Source of the DNA: a virus
IMG/VR virus record: IMGVR_UViG_3300046724_000152
Span: 11,508-75,507 of that record
Strand: one strand, 5' to 3'
Length of the DNA: 64,000 nt
Shown here: piece by piece, positions 9,188 through 17,186 of the stretch
Layout of the letters: each line of letters begins with the position of its first letter
Position numbering within the stretch: position 1 is the stretch's first letter
The notes under the pieces: generated by a model
What the model saw: only the letters and a program-made list of their open reading frames with translations
Database searches by the model: none
Told to the model about the DNA's origin: nothing
Position numbers and translations under genes: made by a program

Positions 9188-9805
9188 TTACTCGTAATTA
9201 ACGATGCCAAATCGGCCAAATGTTGGTCGATGATCACCGATTCCCACTAATCTACCAGCACTTTCAATAGTTTCTCGCAAAATATTTCGATCAATATATT
9301 CCGGCAACAAAACCATCAGCTCGATAGTCGCCTTCCAGCCAGCCCTGAAGGCTGGACGGACTCTGTTGATGCCCTGACGTTGGACAGTGACCCGGCACTT
9401 ATCGAGGTAATCCCACTCCTTGGTACCCATGCTGGCAAGGTGTGTGGTTGCGACGATACCGGCCTTGTAGAGATCCATCGCACTCTTTCGTGGCGAGCGT
9501 GGATCCTGCCGGAATTTTGCAGCGTTGATGATCGAGCCGCGAAGATACAAACCAGGAAGGCAGATGTAGCCTTCCTCATTACGGTAGACATAGCTCTCGA
9601 CGTTGTCGGTTTTCTTCGCCTTGGAGTTCTTGGCTGCTGCGCCTTTTGCATCAACCTCTTCGGCATTCCAGCGATGGAAGATCAGATCCGCTGCTCCCTC
9701 GATGGTCACCTCTACCGAGTATGGCTCGCTGAAGGAAATCGGCTCCTCGCCGCCATTGGTCGGCTCCTTGATAACAATAACCTTAGCTGTGCCTTGTTTA
9801 GCCAT
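9188..9805 (-). CDS. Solitary Cas7/RAMP-fold-like RNA-binding protein
   Basis: RAMP-like motif order: VEVTIEG..LIFH strand, YICLPGLYLRGSIINAAK, RVRPAF..W.ATIEL, C-terminal Gly-rich loop AGRLVGIGDHRPTFGRF; 205 aa. Confidence 0.75.
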   Translation of the reverse strand: MAKQGTAKVIVIKEPTNGGEEPISFSEPYSVEVTIEGAADLIFHRWNAEEVDAKGAAAKNSKAKKTDNVESYVYRNEEGYICLPGLYLRGSIINAAKFRQDPRSPRKSAMDLYKAGIVATTHLASMGTKEWDYLDKCRVTVQRQGINRVRPAFRAGWKATIELMVLLPEYIDRNILRETIESAGRLVGIGDHRPTFGRFGIVNYE

Positions 9806-9824
9806 AAGACTTCAATCTCCGTTG

Positions 9825-10076
9825 TTAAGTTACTTTCTCTTTCTCAGCATAGTTTCTCAGTGCTTTTCTTATTGCATCAGCAGCTTCTTGTACCTCCTTC
9901 TGAGCTTGCTCAAGTTGACCGATAGCTTCTGTTGGAAAGTCAGGAGCTACAGGCATCATAGTGACCCAACTGACAATCTGTTTTGCGTCACTCTGAATGT
10001 GCTTGGCACGAATGCCGATGACCGAGAGATACGGTGCAACAAGCCGATCCCATTCCGTCAATGTTTGATGTTTCAC
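9825..10076 (-). CDS. Hypothetical protein
   Basis: 83-aa ORF in operon upstream of the Cas7-like gene. Confidence 0.5.
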   Translation of the reverse strand: MKHQTLTEWDRLVAPYLSVIGIRAKHIQSDAKQIVSWVTMMPVAPDFPTEAIGQLEQAQKEVQEAADAIRKALRNYAEKEKVT

Positions 10077-10327
10077 TTAACCCTCCAGCAACGAAAGCCT
10101 TCAGGGGTCTTGCGGATTGAGAATTTGGTGCCTTCATTGCGACGGCAGAAGTAAGAAGCAGCGCCTCGGCAACGAGCGGTCAACCTCATATCTTCGCCAA
10201 CCAGGAAACTGTCACCAACCTTCATGTTAGCAAACGGCCAACTAAGCCAACTGGCCAAGCCAGGAGGTGGTGTAGGAACGTCGCTCTCGATCTTAAAAGC
10301 CTGCTTGATCAGTCGCGGTCGTTTCAT
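10073..10327 (-). CDS. Small putative DNA-binding protein
   Basis: KIESDVP.P...WPFANMKVGDSF...RCWR pattern common in phage small DNA-binding proteins; GGAGA RBS supports ATG at 10327. Confidence 0.55.
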   Translation of the reverse strand: MKRPRLIKQAFKIESDVPTPPPGLASWLSWPFANMKVGDSFLVGEDMRLTARCRGAASYFCRRNEGTKFSIRKTPEGFRCWRVK

Positions 10328-10404
10328 GTGGTCTCCGTTGTTGAATTGTTCATATCCCAAATTGGGTGTTGCAGTCAAGCCCGGAATGGGCTACCAGGAA
10401 GTCC

Positions 10405-10590
10405 ATGACACTTGAAACATTTCTGATAATACGCGGGATCAGCACAGCGCAGTTTGCCAAAACGTCAGGCTATCCCTTCGCCACCGTGGCCAAGTGGCGG
10501 CAACGGATCAGGATTCCACGTCCTGCCGCCATGCTGAAGATTCAGAAACTCACAAAAGGAAAAGTGAAGCCTCATGACTGGTACCGGTGA
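10405..10590 (+). CDS. Cro-like HTH regulator
   Basis: TAQFAKTSG...TVAKWRQRIRIP...IQKLTKGKVKPHDW; sits at the divergence point. Confidence 0.75.
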   Translation: MTLETFLIIRGISTAQFAKTSGYPFATVAKWRQRIRIPRPAAMLKIQKLTKGKVKPHDWYR

Positions 10591-10999
10591 ATGGCGGTTC
10601 TGGACCGCTGATAAAGTCGAGAAAGTTAAGACGATGTGGGCGGACGGGTATTCCGCCTCACGGATTTCCGAGGAGATCCCCGGTTCGACTAAGAACTCCA
10701 TTATTGGTAAGGTGCATAGGCTGCACCTGCCGGAGCGAAAGAAGCGAAAAAATCCAAGTCACTTCAAGCGGGAGAAGGTCAGGGCCATGGTCATGGTCAA
10801 GCCCAAGCCAAAGCCAGCCCCGAAACCCAGGCCCAAGGATGGCATCCCATTCCTGGAGGCCGATTCCACCACCTGCCGGTCGGTCCAAGGGCGGGATCCC
10901 AACGGAATCCTGGTTTGGTTCTGTCCCAAGCCCAAGGCGGCCAATCAGTCGTTCTGCCCCCACCATCTGGGCATCTATTACACCGGGAGCCGCCGATGA
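10574..10999 (+). CDS. gcrA: GcrA-family cell-cycle regulator
   Basis: WT.DKVEKVKTMWADGYSASRIS...TKNSIIGKVHRL N-terminus and C-terminal C..FC..FCPHH motif. Confidence 0.85.
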   Translation: MTGTGEWRFWTADKVEKVKTMWADGYSASRISEEIPGSTKNSIIGKVHRLHLPERKKRKNPSHFKREKVRAMVMVKPKPKPAPKPRPKDGIPFLEADSTTCRSVQGRDPNGILVWFCPKPKAANQSFCPHHLGIYYTGSRR

Positions 11000-11550
11000 C
11001 GATCAAGGAGATCACCGAGAATGCCAAGCAGATCAGGGACCGGCTCAGACACCCGCCGAATGCGGTTCATGACACTGGTATTGACCTAACCAAGAAATCC
11101 AGCTCGCATCGTGGTGACGAGCCCAATCCGGATCCACCGATCAAGAAGATGCTTGAGATGCTTCCGGAGCCACCCAGAAAGCGCTATCAGTTCGCGCCTT
11201 CCAGGAAGTGCCTGATCTTTGATGATATTCTAGAGGCCGTCTCGACGCACTATGGAGTCTCGATAGAGGCCATCAGGGGTCCAAGCAGGCGGACCCACAC
11301 TGGTTTTGCCCGCTTTGTCGTGGTTCACCTTGCCATCAAGCTGTCCAAGAAGCCCTCGCTCTCCGCCATAGGCAGGAACCTGAACAAGGACCATACTTCG
11401 ATCCTTCATGCCAGGAACCGCATCAAAGCAATCATTGCTGGCAATGCCCAGGTAGCAGCCGAGGTCAAGATGCTGGAGACGTACCTTGAAAGACTCCATC
11501 ACTATCGATCTTCCATTCCCTCCGAGCGTCAATTCTATTTGGAGGGGTAG
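10996..11550 (+). CDS. Protein with DnaA C-terminal (domain IV) HTH
   Basis: ILEAVSTHYGVS..AIRGPSR...AR...SLSAIGRNLNKDHTSILHA; ATGA overlap with gcrA. Confidence 0.8.
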   Translation: MTIKEITENAKQIRDRLRHPPNAVHDTGIDLTKKSSSHRGDEPNPDPPIKKMLEMLPEPPRKRYQFAPSRKCLIFDDILEAVSTHYGVSIEAIRGPSRRTHTGFARFVVVHLAIKLSKKPSLSAIGRNLNKDHTSILHARNRIKAIIAGNAQVAAEVKMLETYLERLHHYRSSIPSERQFYLEG

Positions 11551-11872
11551 TGGCAAGAGGGTCTACCGGACCAAGGAGTACATCTCCTGGCTCACCAACG
11601 CCAATGGCCACTGGCTGCTCCAGCGAAGCTCCATGCCGGTCAGATCCATCCCAGAGCATTATTCGCTCAAACTGATCTTGCATGCCCCTGACAAGCTGAT
11701 CAGGGATGTCGGCAACTACGAGAAGGTGTCATCCGACTTCCTGCAAATGGCGAGGATCGTCCGAAACGACTGTCTGTGCCTCGATCTTCATGTCGTCTGG
11801 GGCAGCTCCGCAGATGCCCCTCACGGGGCCAGAATGATCGTAAGTCCGATGGAATTGGAGGGTACCTACTAG
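11486..11872 (+). CDS. rusA: RusA-like Holliday junction resolvase
   Basis: IDLPFPPSVNSIWR N-terminus and RDVGNYEK...D...ND motif. Confidence 0.75.
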   Translation: MKDSITIDLPFPPSVNSIWRGSGKRVYRTKEYISWLTNANGHWLLQRSSMPVRSIPEHYSLKLILHAPDKLIRDVGNYEKVSSDFLQMARIVRNDCLCLDLHVVWGSSADAPHGARMIVSPMELEGTY

Positions 11873-12346
11873 ATGTAGTAGGTCGAGGACTCGAATATGC
11901 TTCTGGCAGCGCATTGACGAAGGAATAGGACAAGCCTACAAAAGAAAGACCCCCCGCGAGGTGGAGACCTCCGGGGGGCGTGATCGGTGTACTTGGAATG
12001 TTGGAGCACCCAAACCGATGGGCCTTACTTACCCATCTCTTTAGCCCCCGGCAACCCCAAAAACACCGCTCACTCGGAAAATCCTGTGCTTTCCACAGAA
12101 AGCATTGGTCGATTTACGGTTGAGCTGTTGGGTGTCGCCCGGTGGTCCCGCCCCATAGAAGCCAATCGTAGGCGTAATCCCCCTCCGCTGGGAAAGTGGC
12201 TGCGTGGCCATGCGCGTTGTCCCCATTTAGCGCGCGGATTAAACCCTTGAAGGTTACTTCCCTCTGAGCTGCTCCACACCAAGGGAGCTGCATCGGTATC
12301 AAGGGAAGGAAAGGGGAAAGTATGACTTTTTGAGGAGATACAGAGA

Positions 12347-12538
12347 ATGTCGAAAATAGATTGGAATAAAGCCCGAAAATTCAAAGAATCTGAGGAAAAA
12401 TATACACCAGGAGCGGTGTTGAGTAATGGGAGAGTGATCAGGGATGCTCCGCGAGATGGCCTCGATGCAAGAGCGAGGCTTGCAGAACAGAGGTGGATGG
12501 CAACGCTTAGTGAGAGAGCTAAAAAATGCCTGAAATAG
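12347..12538 (+). CDS. Hypothetical protein
   Basis: 63-aa ORF with GAGGAG RBS. Confidence 0.5.
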   Translation: MSKIDWNKARKFKESEEKYTPGAVLSNGRVIRDAPRDGLDARARLAEQRWMATLSERAKKCLK

Positions 12539-12939
12539 ACGATTTTGAGCTTTTCTGGAATTCCTACCCTCCACGCAAAGGTGACAAAGCCAAGCAACCG
12601 GCAAAGGTTCTATTCGAGAAGGCAGTGAAGTCAGGAATTCCGCCTAAGGATCTCATCGAGGCTGCAAAAAAATACGCGGCCTCCGAGACTGCAAACCACA
12701 ACACCCCGTTCATCATGCAAGCCCAGCGCTGGCTCAGAAACAAACGCTGGCTGGACTATCAGTATGAGCCCACCCAGGCCGCCAGGGATGGCGTGACCCA
12801 GATCTTCATCAGCGAGGAGACACCGAACTGGACCGCTTGGCAGGAGTACCTCCGCAGGACAACGGGGAAGGGGTCGCCATGCGTTAATTTCGGCTGGTGG
12901 TTCCCATCCTCCTGGCCACCCGTGGAATCGCACCCATGA
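12526..12939 (+). CDS. Phage replication-initiator C-terminal-like domain protein
   Basis: FELFWNSYPPRK...AK..F...FIMQAQRWLRNKRW.D pattern. Confidence 0.6.
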   Translation: MPEIDDFELFWNSYPPRKGDKAKQPAKVLFEKAVKSGIPPKDLIEAAKKYAASETANHNTPFIMQAQRWLRNKRWLDYQYEPTQAARDGVTQIFISEETPNWTAWQEYLRRTTGKGSPCVNFGWWFPSSWPPVESHP

Positions 12940-13127
12940 CGACCACCAAGGTTTTCCGCGCCGAGACCTGGGGTAAGCGCCGGGGTCGGCTCTGGACCCA
13001 GGAGGAGGAGGCCAGGGCGGTCCTTATGCGGTTCTTCAAGCAGAGCGACGAGGAGATCGCCAAGGCTCTTGGCCGGACCCGGAAGGCCATCGAAGGCAAG
13101 ATCGGCTACTGGAAGAAAAGACGGTAA
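12936..13127 (+). CDS. Small HTH protein (Myb/GcrA-N-like)
   Basis: WTQEEE...SDEEIAKALGRTRKAI. Confidence 0.55.
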   Translation: MTTTKVFRAETWGKRRGRLWTQEEEARAVLMRFFKQSDEEIAKALGRTRKAIEGKIGYWKKRR

Positions 13128-13172
13128 CTTTTAGGCAGCCACTGTGTTATGAGTGACACATAGGAGGCCAAC

Positions 13173-13391
13173 ATGGTTGCGATGGCAATTTCAGTGCTTT
13201 GGTTTCTAATAGGCCTGATTGTTCTGTGTGGCATCATCTATCTGGCAATATGGGTCATTGAGAGCTTCGTTACTGCAATCCCGGAGCAAGTCAAAAAGGG
13301 CGTCTGGGTGATCGTCTTGCTGCTTGCATTGATTGCACTGCTATCAGTGCTGGTAGGAGGCGGCAGCTTTCACTTTCCCTCGGTCCGATGA
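13173..13391 (+). CDS. Small two-TM membrane protein
   Basis: Two hydrophobic helices; AGGAGG RBS. Confidence 0.65.
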   Translation: MVAMAISVLWFLIGLIVLCGIIYLAIWVIESFVTAIPEQVKKGVWVIVLLLALIALLSVLVGGGSFHFPSVR

Positions 13392-13466
13392 AAGCTCGGT
13401 GCCGCCATTACCGCCATATCCGCCCAGGCCACCCGACATCTGCCGGAACTGCTGAGGAGTTATTCC

Positions 13467-13925
13467 ATGTATGACAAGGCCAAGCCTCCAGCAGGAGAAC
13501 ATAGCCCACTGGACCGGGAAGTGGTGACTGAGACCGTCCACGATTGGATCAACACTGATTGCCCGCTGGCCGGTAAGGATGCAATTCACGACGCTCTGGT
13601 GACTTGTCTGGTCGATAGGATCATGGCCATCAAGCCAGGGAACGTCCCAGACAACGATATTTTTCCCATCAAGAAACCTGAACCGCCGATTGAGAAGCCA
13701 GAGCCACCGAAGCCTCCGGATCTGATACAACCTAAACCGCCAGATCTGATCAAACCCCCGGAGAAACCACCGGAGAGGCCCATCGTGAAGCCCCCGGATC
13801 TTCCCATTGCCAAGCCCACACCTAAACGAGGTATGGAGTCTAAGACCAATCATGCAATCAAACGATCAAAGCCAAAAGCCAAAGCAGCTAAACCCACTCA
13901 CAAGAAACCAAGCAAGCACAAGTGA
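13467..13925 (+). CDS. Pro/Lys-rich protein with WINTDCP domain
   Basis: GAGGAG RBS; PPKPPDLI-type repeats; basic tail. Confidence 0.6.
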   Translation: MYDKAKPPAGEHSPLDREVVTETVHDWINTDCPLAGKDAIHDALVTCLVDRIMAIKPGNVPDNDIFPIKKPEPPIEKPEPPKPPDLIQPKPPDLIKPPEKPPERPIVKPPDLPIAKPTPKRGMESKTNHAIKRSKPKAKAAKPTHKKPSKHK

Positions 13926-14217
13926 CGCTCCGGAAACTAAAGTCCGGATTAAAAGGTCTGACGTATTCCTGGCTGTAGAGCTTTGGCTCAATTACGATTG
14001 TCCTATCGCCGGACGAAAGCAGATCGCCGATCAGCTCGAAAGCAGCTTGGTCGACCGGGTGGCAGCCCTTGGCTCAAGCCCGGTTATTGATTCTGATGTC
14101 TACAACGCAATAGATCTCTGGATAAATTATGACTGTCCTCCTGTAGGAAAAACAGCAGTAACTCAAAGTCTGAAGACTCTTCTTCTCGGTCGTATATCGA
14201 CGGCTATCAATGGCTAA
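13852..14217 (+). CDS. Protein with two W(L/I)NYDCP repeats (start uncertain)
   Basis: Two copies of the motif also present in the upstream gene. Confidence 0.5.
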   Translation: MQSNDQSQKPKQLNPLTRNQASTSDAPETKVRIKRSDVFLAVELWLNYDCPIAGRKQIADQLESSLVDRVAALGSSPVIDSDVYNAIDLWINYDCPPVGKTAVTQSLKTLLLGRISTAING

Positions 14218-14419
14218 CATCGAGGAGATTTCTTGCATCCTCGATGACTTCTATCCTCGGAACATTAAGGTCATCATAGTTGTCTATGATGGCTATGAGT
14301 GCGGATCGTAGCCGCTCGATCTCGGTAATGGCTTCGGGAATGACTGTAGTTTTTGGTTCTGTTATAGCTCGATCCCAATAATTCCAAAGCCATGCAAGCC
14401 GCTCAACGATGTCGGTCAT
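14207..14419 (-). CDS. MTDIVERL-leader small protein
   Basis: MTDIVERL...EAITEIERLR. Confidence 0.6.
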   Translation of the reverse strand: MTDIVERLAWLWNYWDRAITEPKTTVIPEAITEIERLRSALIAIIDNYDDLNVPRIEVIEDARNLLDVSH

Positions 14420-14595
14420 GTCTTATCCACGCTTGAAAGATCAGCTTCAATTTGCAGCAAGATCGACGAAAGCTCGTGGTCACGCTGTGCGAGATCGGCC
14501 CGCAGTCGCTCGATAACGTCGGCGGCGTCGGCAAAGATCGGAACTCCGTTAGCTGTAGTTGCAAGCTTGCGCAGCCGTTCAACGATGTCGGTCAT
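14416..14595 (-). CDS. MTDIVERL-leader small protein (59 aa, not in ORF track)
   Basis: Hand translation MTDIVERLRKLA...DAADVIERLR; ATGA overlaps at both ends. Confidence 0.65.
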   Translation of the reverse strand: MTDIVERLRKLATTANGVPIFADAADVIERLRADLAQRDHELSSILLQIEADLSSVDKT

Positions 14596-14861
14596 GATCC
14601 CCTCACCATAGCAACTGCCTCGGCATGTTCTATCTCAGCCTCGTCCCAGGTCGAGCATCGCCTCTGGTATCCATTGTATTTGCCACCGAAGATCATTGTC
14701 TCAAAGAAAACTTGGTTCACTCCGACAAAAACTGTGCTGACCTGGACCTTGCCAATATCGGTTTTAGCCAAGATCCGGTTAGCGTCATGAAGCCATTCCC
14801 CCCAAGTGTCCATATCTACACGAACCGGGGTCCTATTCTCAAGAATGTACGTTTCAATCAT
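14592..14861 (-). CDS. Hypothetical phage protein
   Basis: VSTVF...FETMIFGG...WDEA pattern; AGGA RBS. Confidence 0.6.
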   Translation of the reverse strand: MIETYILENRTPVRVDMDTWGEWLHDANRILAKTDIGKVQVSTVFVGVNQVFFETMIFGGKYNGYQRRCSTWDEAEIEHAEAVAMVRGS

Positions 14862-14883
14862 GTTTCCTTCTTAGCTTTGTGCT

Positions 14884-15177
14884 ATGTTCGATACCATGAT
14901 GACGATGGCCCAGTCATGGATCAAAGAGAACTCGACTCTGGTCTATTTCCTGATCGCCCAAGCCATTGCGCTGTCAACCGGTGCGGCTTATGGCCTGTCT
15001 TACATGGTTAGGCTTGAAACACGCGTGAACACCCTGGAGGTGCGTGGCTCGCCGCATCTAGGCGATATCAACAACCGCCTGACAGTGCTGGAATCGACCA
15101 CCAAGGACAACAAGCAACGGTTGGATAACGTCATCAGCATCATGACAAAGGAACTTCATATTTCACCAGCGAGGTAG
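14884..15177 (+). CDS. Single-TM plus coiled-coil protein, holin-like candidate
   Basis: One TM helix, immediately upstream of the endolysin. Confidence 0.45.
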   Translation: MFDTMMTMAQSWIKENSTLVYFLIAQAIALSTGAAYGLSYMVRLETRVNTLEVRGSPHLGDINNRLTVLESTTKDNKQRLDNVISIMTKELHISPAR

Positions 15178-15179
15178 CC

Positions 15180-15737
15180 ATGAACGAGGAACTGTCGCTA
15201 TCAAAGGCTGGAGCAAATCTCGTCAAGCATTTCGAGTCCTGTCTGCATCCTTGTGGCCCTGACCGCTTCGAATCCTACCTATGCCCAGCCCATGTCTGGA
15301 CTATCGGGTGGGGAACAACGACCGAAAATGGGCACAAGATCAAACCAGGAATGGTCTGGTCACAACGTCAGTGCGATGCAGCATTCCTGGTCGACATGAA
15401 GAAATTCGAAGGCGACGTTAGACGTTCAGTCAAGGTGCAGCTAACCCAGTGGCAGTTCGATGCACTGACAAGTTTCACCTACAACTGTGGCTCAGGGGCC
15501 CTGGCAAGCTCGACTCTGCTGAAGAAGGTCAATGCCAAGGATTTCGACGGTGCTGCCTTGGAATTCCACAAATGGAATCGTGGCGGCGGCAAGGTGTTAC
15601 CAGGACTGGTGCGTCGTAGAGCAAGCGAGAGTTTGTTGTTTCAGAATATTGCCGACAATAATTATGATGGACGAGCAGACGTTATCCAGCCGCTTGGTGA
15701 TGCTATGCCGCAAGACGTTGACGCACCGAAGGCCTAG
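15180..15737 (+). CDS. Endolysin, GH24 phage lysozyme
   Basis: HFE...YLCPAHVWTIGWGTT, QFDALTSFTYNCG, STLLKKVN, GLVRRRASE. Confidence 0.92.
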   Translation: MNEELSLSKAGANLVKHFESCLHPCGPDRFESYLCPAHVWTIGWGTTTENGHKIKPGMVWSQRQCDAAFLVDMKKFEGDVRRSVKVQLTQWQFDALTSFTYNCGSGALASSTLLKKVNAKDFDGAALEFHKWNRGGGKVLPGLVRRRASESLLFQNIADNNYDGRADVIQPLGDAMPQDVDAPKA

Positions 15738-16395
15738 CCAGCCCCCACCAAGCCAACAGCCCCAGGAGCAATCCTGGCAAGCCGCTTCCTACAATCGGAC
15801 CTGGGACAGCAACGCTGTCATTGGTGATGACAAGTGTATCGGGATGAAGATAACCAGAGACTCCGCCATAGCTGAAATACCCGCCAGTGTTGACGGTATT
15901 GATGAGATTACCAGGCAGCATGTTGTAGGTATGAGTCCCAGGAGCATTAAGATCCCCAGGACCATTTCCATTGAAGGTATAGATGAGCCCACCCATGGCT
16001 ACATTGCCGGGTGAGACGGTCGTATCGATGCTAAAGTAATCAAAGGGCACAGCAATGGATTTATCGATCAATCCATGTCCTCCACCTATAGCATTGTAGT
16101 TATTGCCGCTGCTGATGGTGACGGTCGTATTGTTGATTGTCAGAAGAGCCAAAGAGACAAGATCGTATCTCCCTGCGAATGTATTGACCGTCCATACCTG
16201 ACTGTAGGAATCGCCAAACAGATTCTGGCCTGGAGTGCCAAAGGTGCCATTGTCGATCAATGGATTTGAGGTGTAGTGGCTGCCATCCCAAGTGTAAGGC
16301 GCAACCGTTCCGGTGAATGTGAGGGTAACTATATCGGCAGATGCTGATGTAACAAGACATATCAATGCGGCAGCACCCAGTAGCTTTGCTTTCAT
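15703..16395 (-). CDS. Secreted protein with PEP-CTERM-like (VPGP) sorting tail
   Basis: Signal peptide; T/G/N-rich body; VPGPIVGSGLPGLLLGLLAWW followed by basic residues. Confidence 0.75.
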   Translation of the reverse strand: MKAKLLGAAALICLVTSASADIVTLTFTGTVAPYTWDGSHYTSNPLIDNGTFGTPGQNLFGDSYSQVWTVNTFAGRYDLVSLALLTINNTTVTISSGNNYNAIGGGHGLIDKSIAVPFDYFSIDTTVSPGNVAMGGLIYTFNGNGPGDLNAPGTHTYNMLPGNLINTVNTGGYFSYGGVSGYLHPDTLVITNDSVAVPGPIVGSGLPGLLLGLLAWWGLARPSVRQRLAA

Positions 16396-16659
16396 TCATT
16401 TCTCCATTGTTGAACTGCTGTCAGTAAGGGCGACTCTAGCCATTTCTCTAGCGTGTCCCAGTAGCGCAGAGCGTAGCCGCTCATCTTGCTCGCGAGTAAT
16501 CGCAATCTCCTGGCCCTGTTCCTTGGCAAGCTTCCGCAGCCGCTCAATCTCGTCGGCGGCTTCATGCATAATTGGCCGCGCCGTATTGGCGTCAAGCCAA
16601 TACCCGGCCACATCAACTTTAGTATGCTGATAACGCAGCCGCTCAACGATGTCGGTCAT
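16396..16659 (-). CDS. MTDIVERL-leader small protein
   Basis: MTDIVERLR...EAADEIERLR. Confidence 0.65.
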   Translation of the reverse strand: MTDIVERLRYQHTKVDVAGYWLDANTARPIMHEAADEIERLRKLAKEQGQEIAITREQDERLRSALLGHAREMARVALTDSSSTMEK

Positions 16660-16886
16660 GTCTTGATACCAAGCAGCTTGCGAAAATAATCATCGATGCA
16701 GGTCTCGCAGGCCTCATAACCGAAGGCACCGTGTGGACACTTGTCGCCCTTACTCACGGCTGGGCCATAGTCGCCGTTCAGATAATCTTGGATACCCTTT
16801 TGCAGCCGCTCGATTTCGTCGGCGGCCTCACGACACAGGTCAACCGAGAATGAACCATCGCGCAGCCGCTCAACGATGTCGGTCAT
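16656..16886 (-). CDS. MTDIVERL-leader small protein with Cys cluster
   Basis: MTDIVERLR...EAADEIERL...CPHG...CETC. Confidence 0.65.
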   Translation of the reverse strand: MTDIVERLRDGSFSVDLCREAADEIERLQKGIQDYLNGDYGPAVSKGDKCPHGAFGYEACETCIDDYFRKLLGIKT

Positions 16887-16904
16887 GGCTTCTCCTAGTG
16901 CGGG

Positions 16905-17186
16905 CTAGTGTTTCGGGATTGCTTTAACGATGTCGCGCAGCAAGTCCACCGTTTGCGCGTTATCGTTGCCCCGACGATTGAAGTCATCCATCAGATCATT
17001 TAGTAGCGCGTGGAGGCGAGGATACCGGCCATTCGAGCCTATATCGCTGATAAGGTCACGCATAGCGGCTCCCGCTGAGCGGCCCGGATAATACGCACGT
17101 CGCGCCCACCACTCGACTGGCGGTTCTGTCTGCTCAGGTTCCACGGGCTCTATATCGTGCGCCGTCTCTTCTGCATCAGTGTTCAT
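16905..17186 (-). CDS. Hypothetical protein whose MTDIVERL leader is frameshifted
   Basis: Would be in frame with the ATG at 17233 without a 17-nt duplication. Confidence 0.5.
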   Translation of the reverse strand: MNTDAEETAHDIEPVEPEQTEPPVEWWARRAYYPGRSAGAAMRDLISDIGSNGRYPRLHALLNDLMDDFNRRGNDNAQTVDLLRDIVKAIPKH

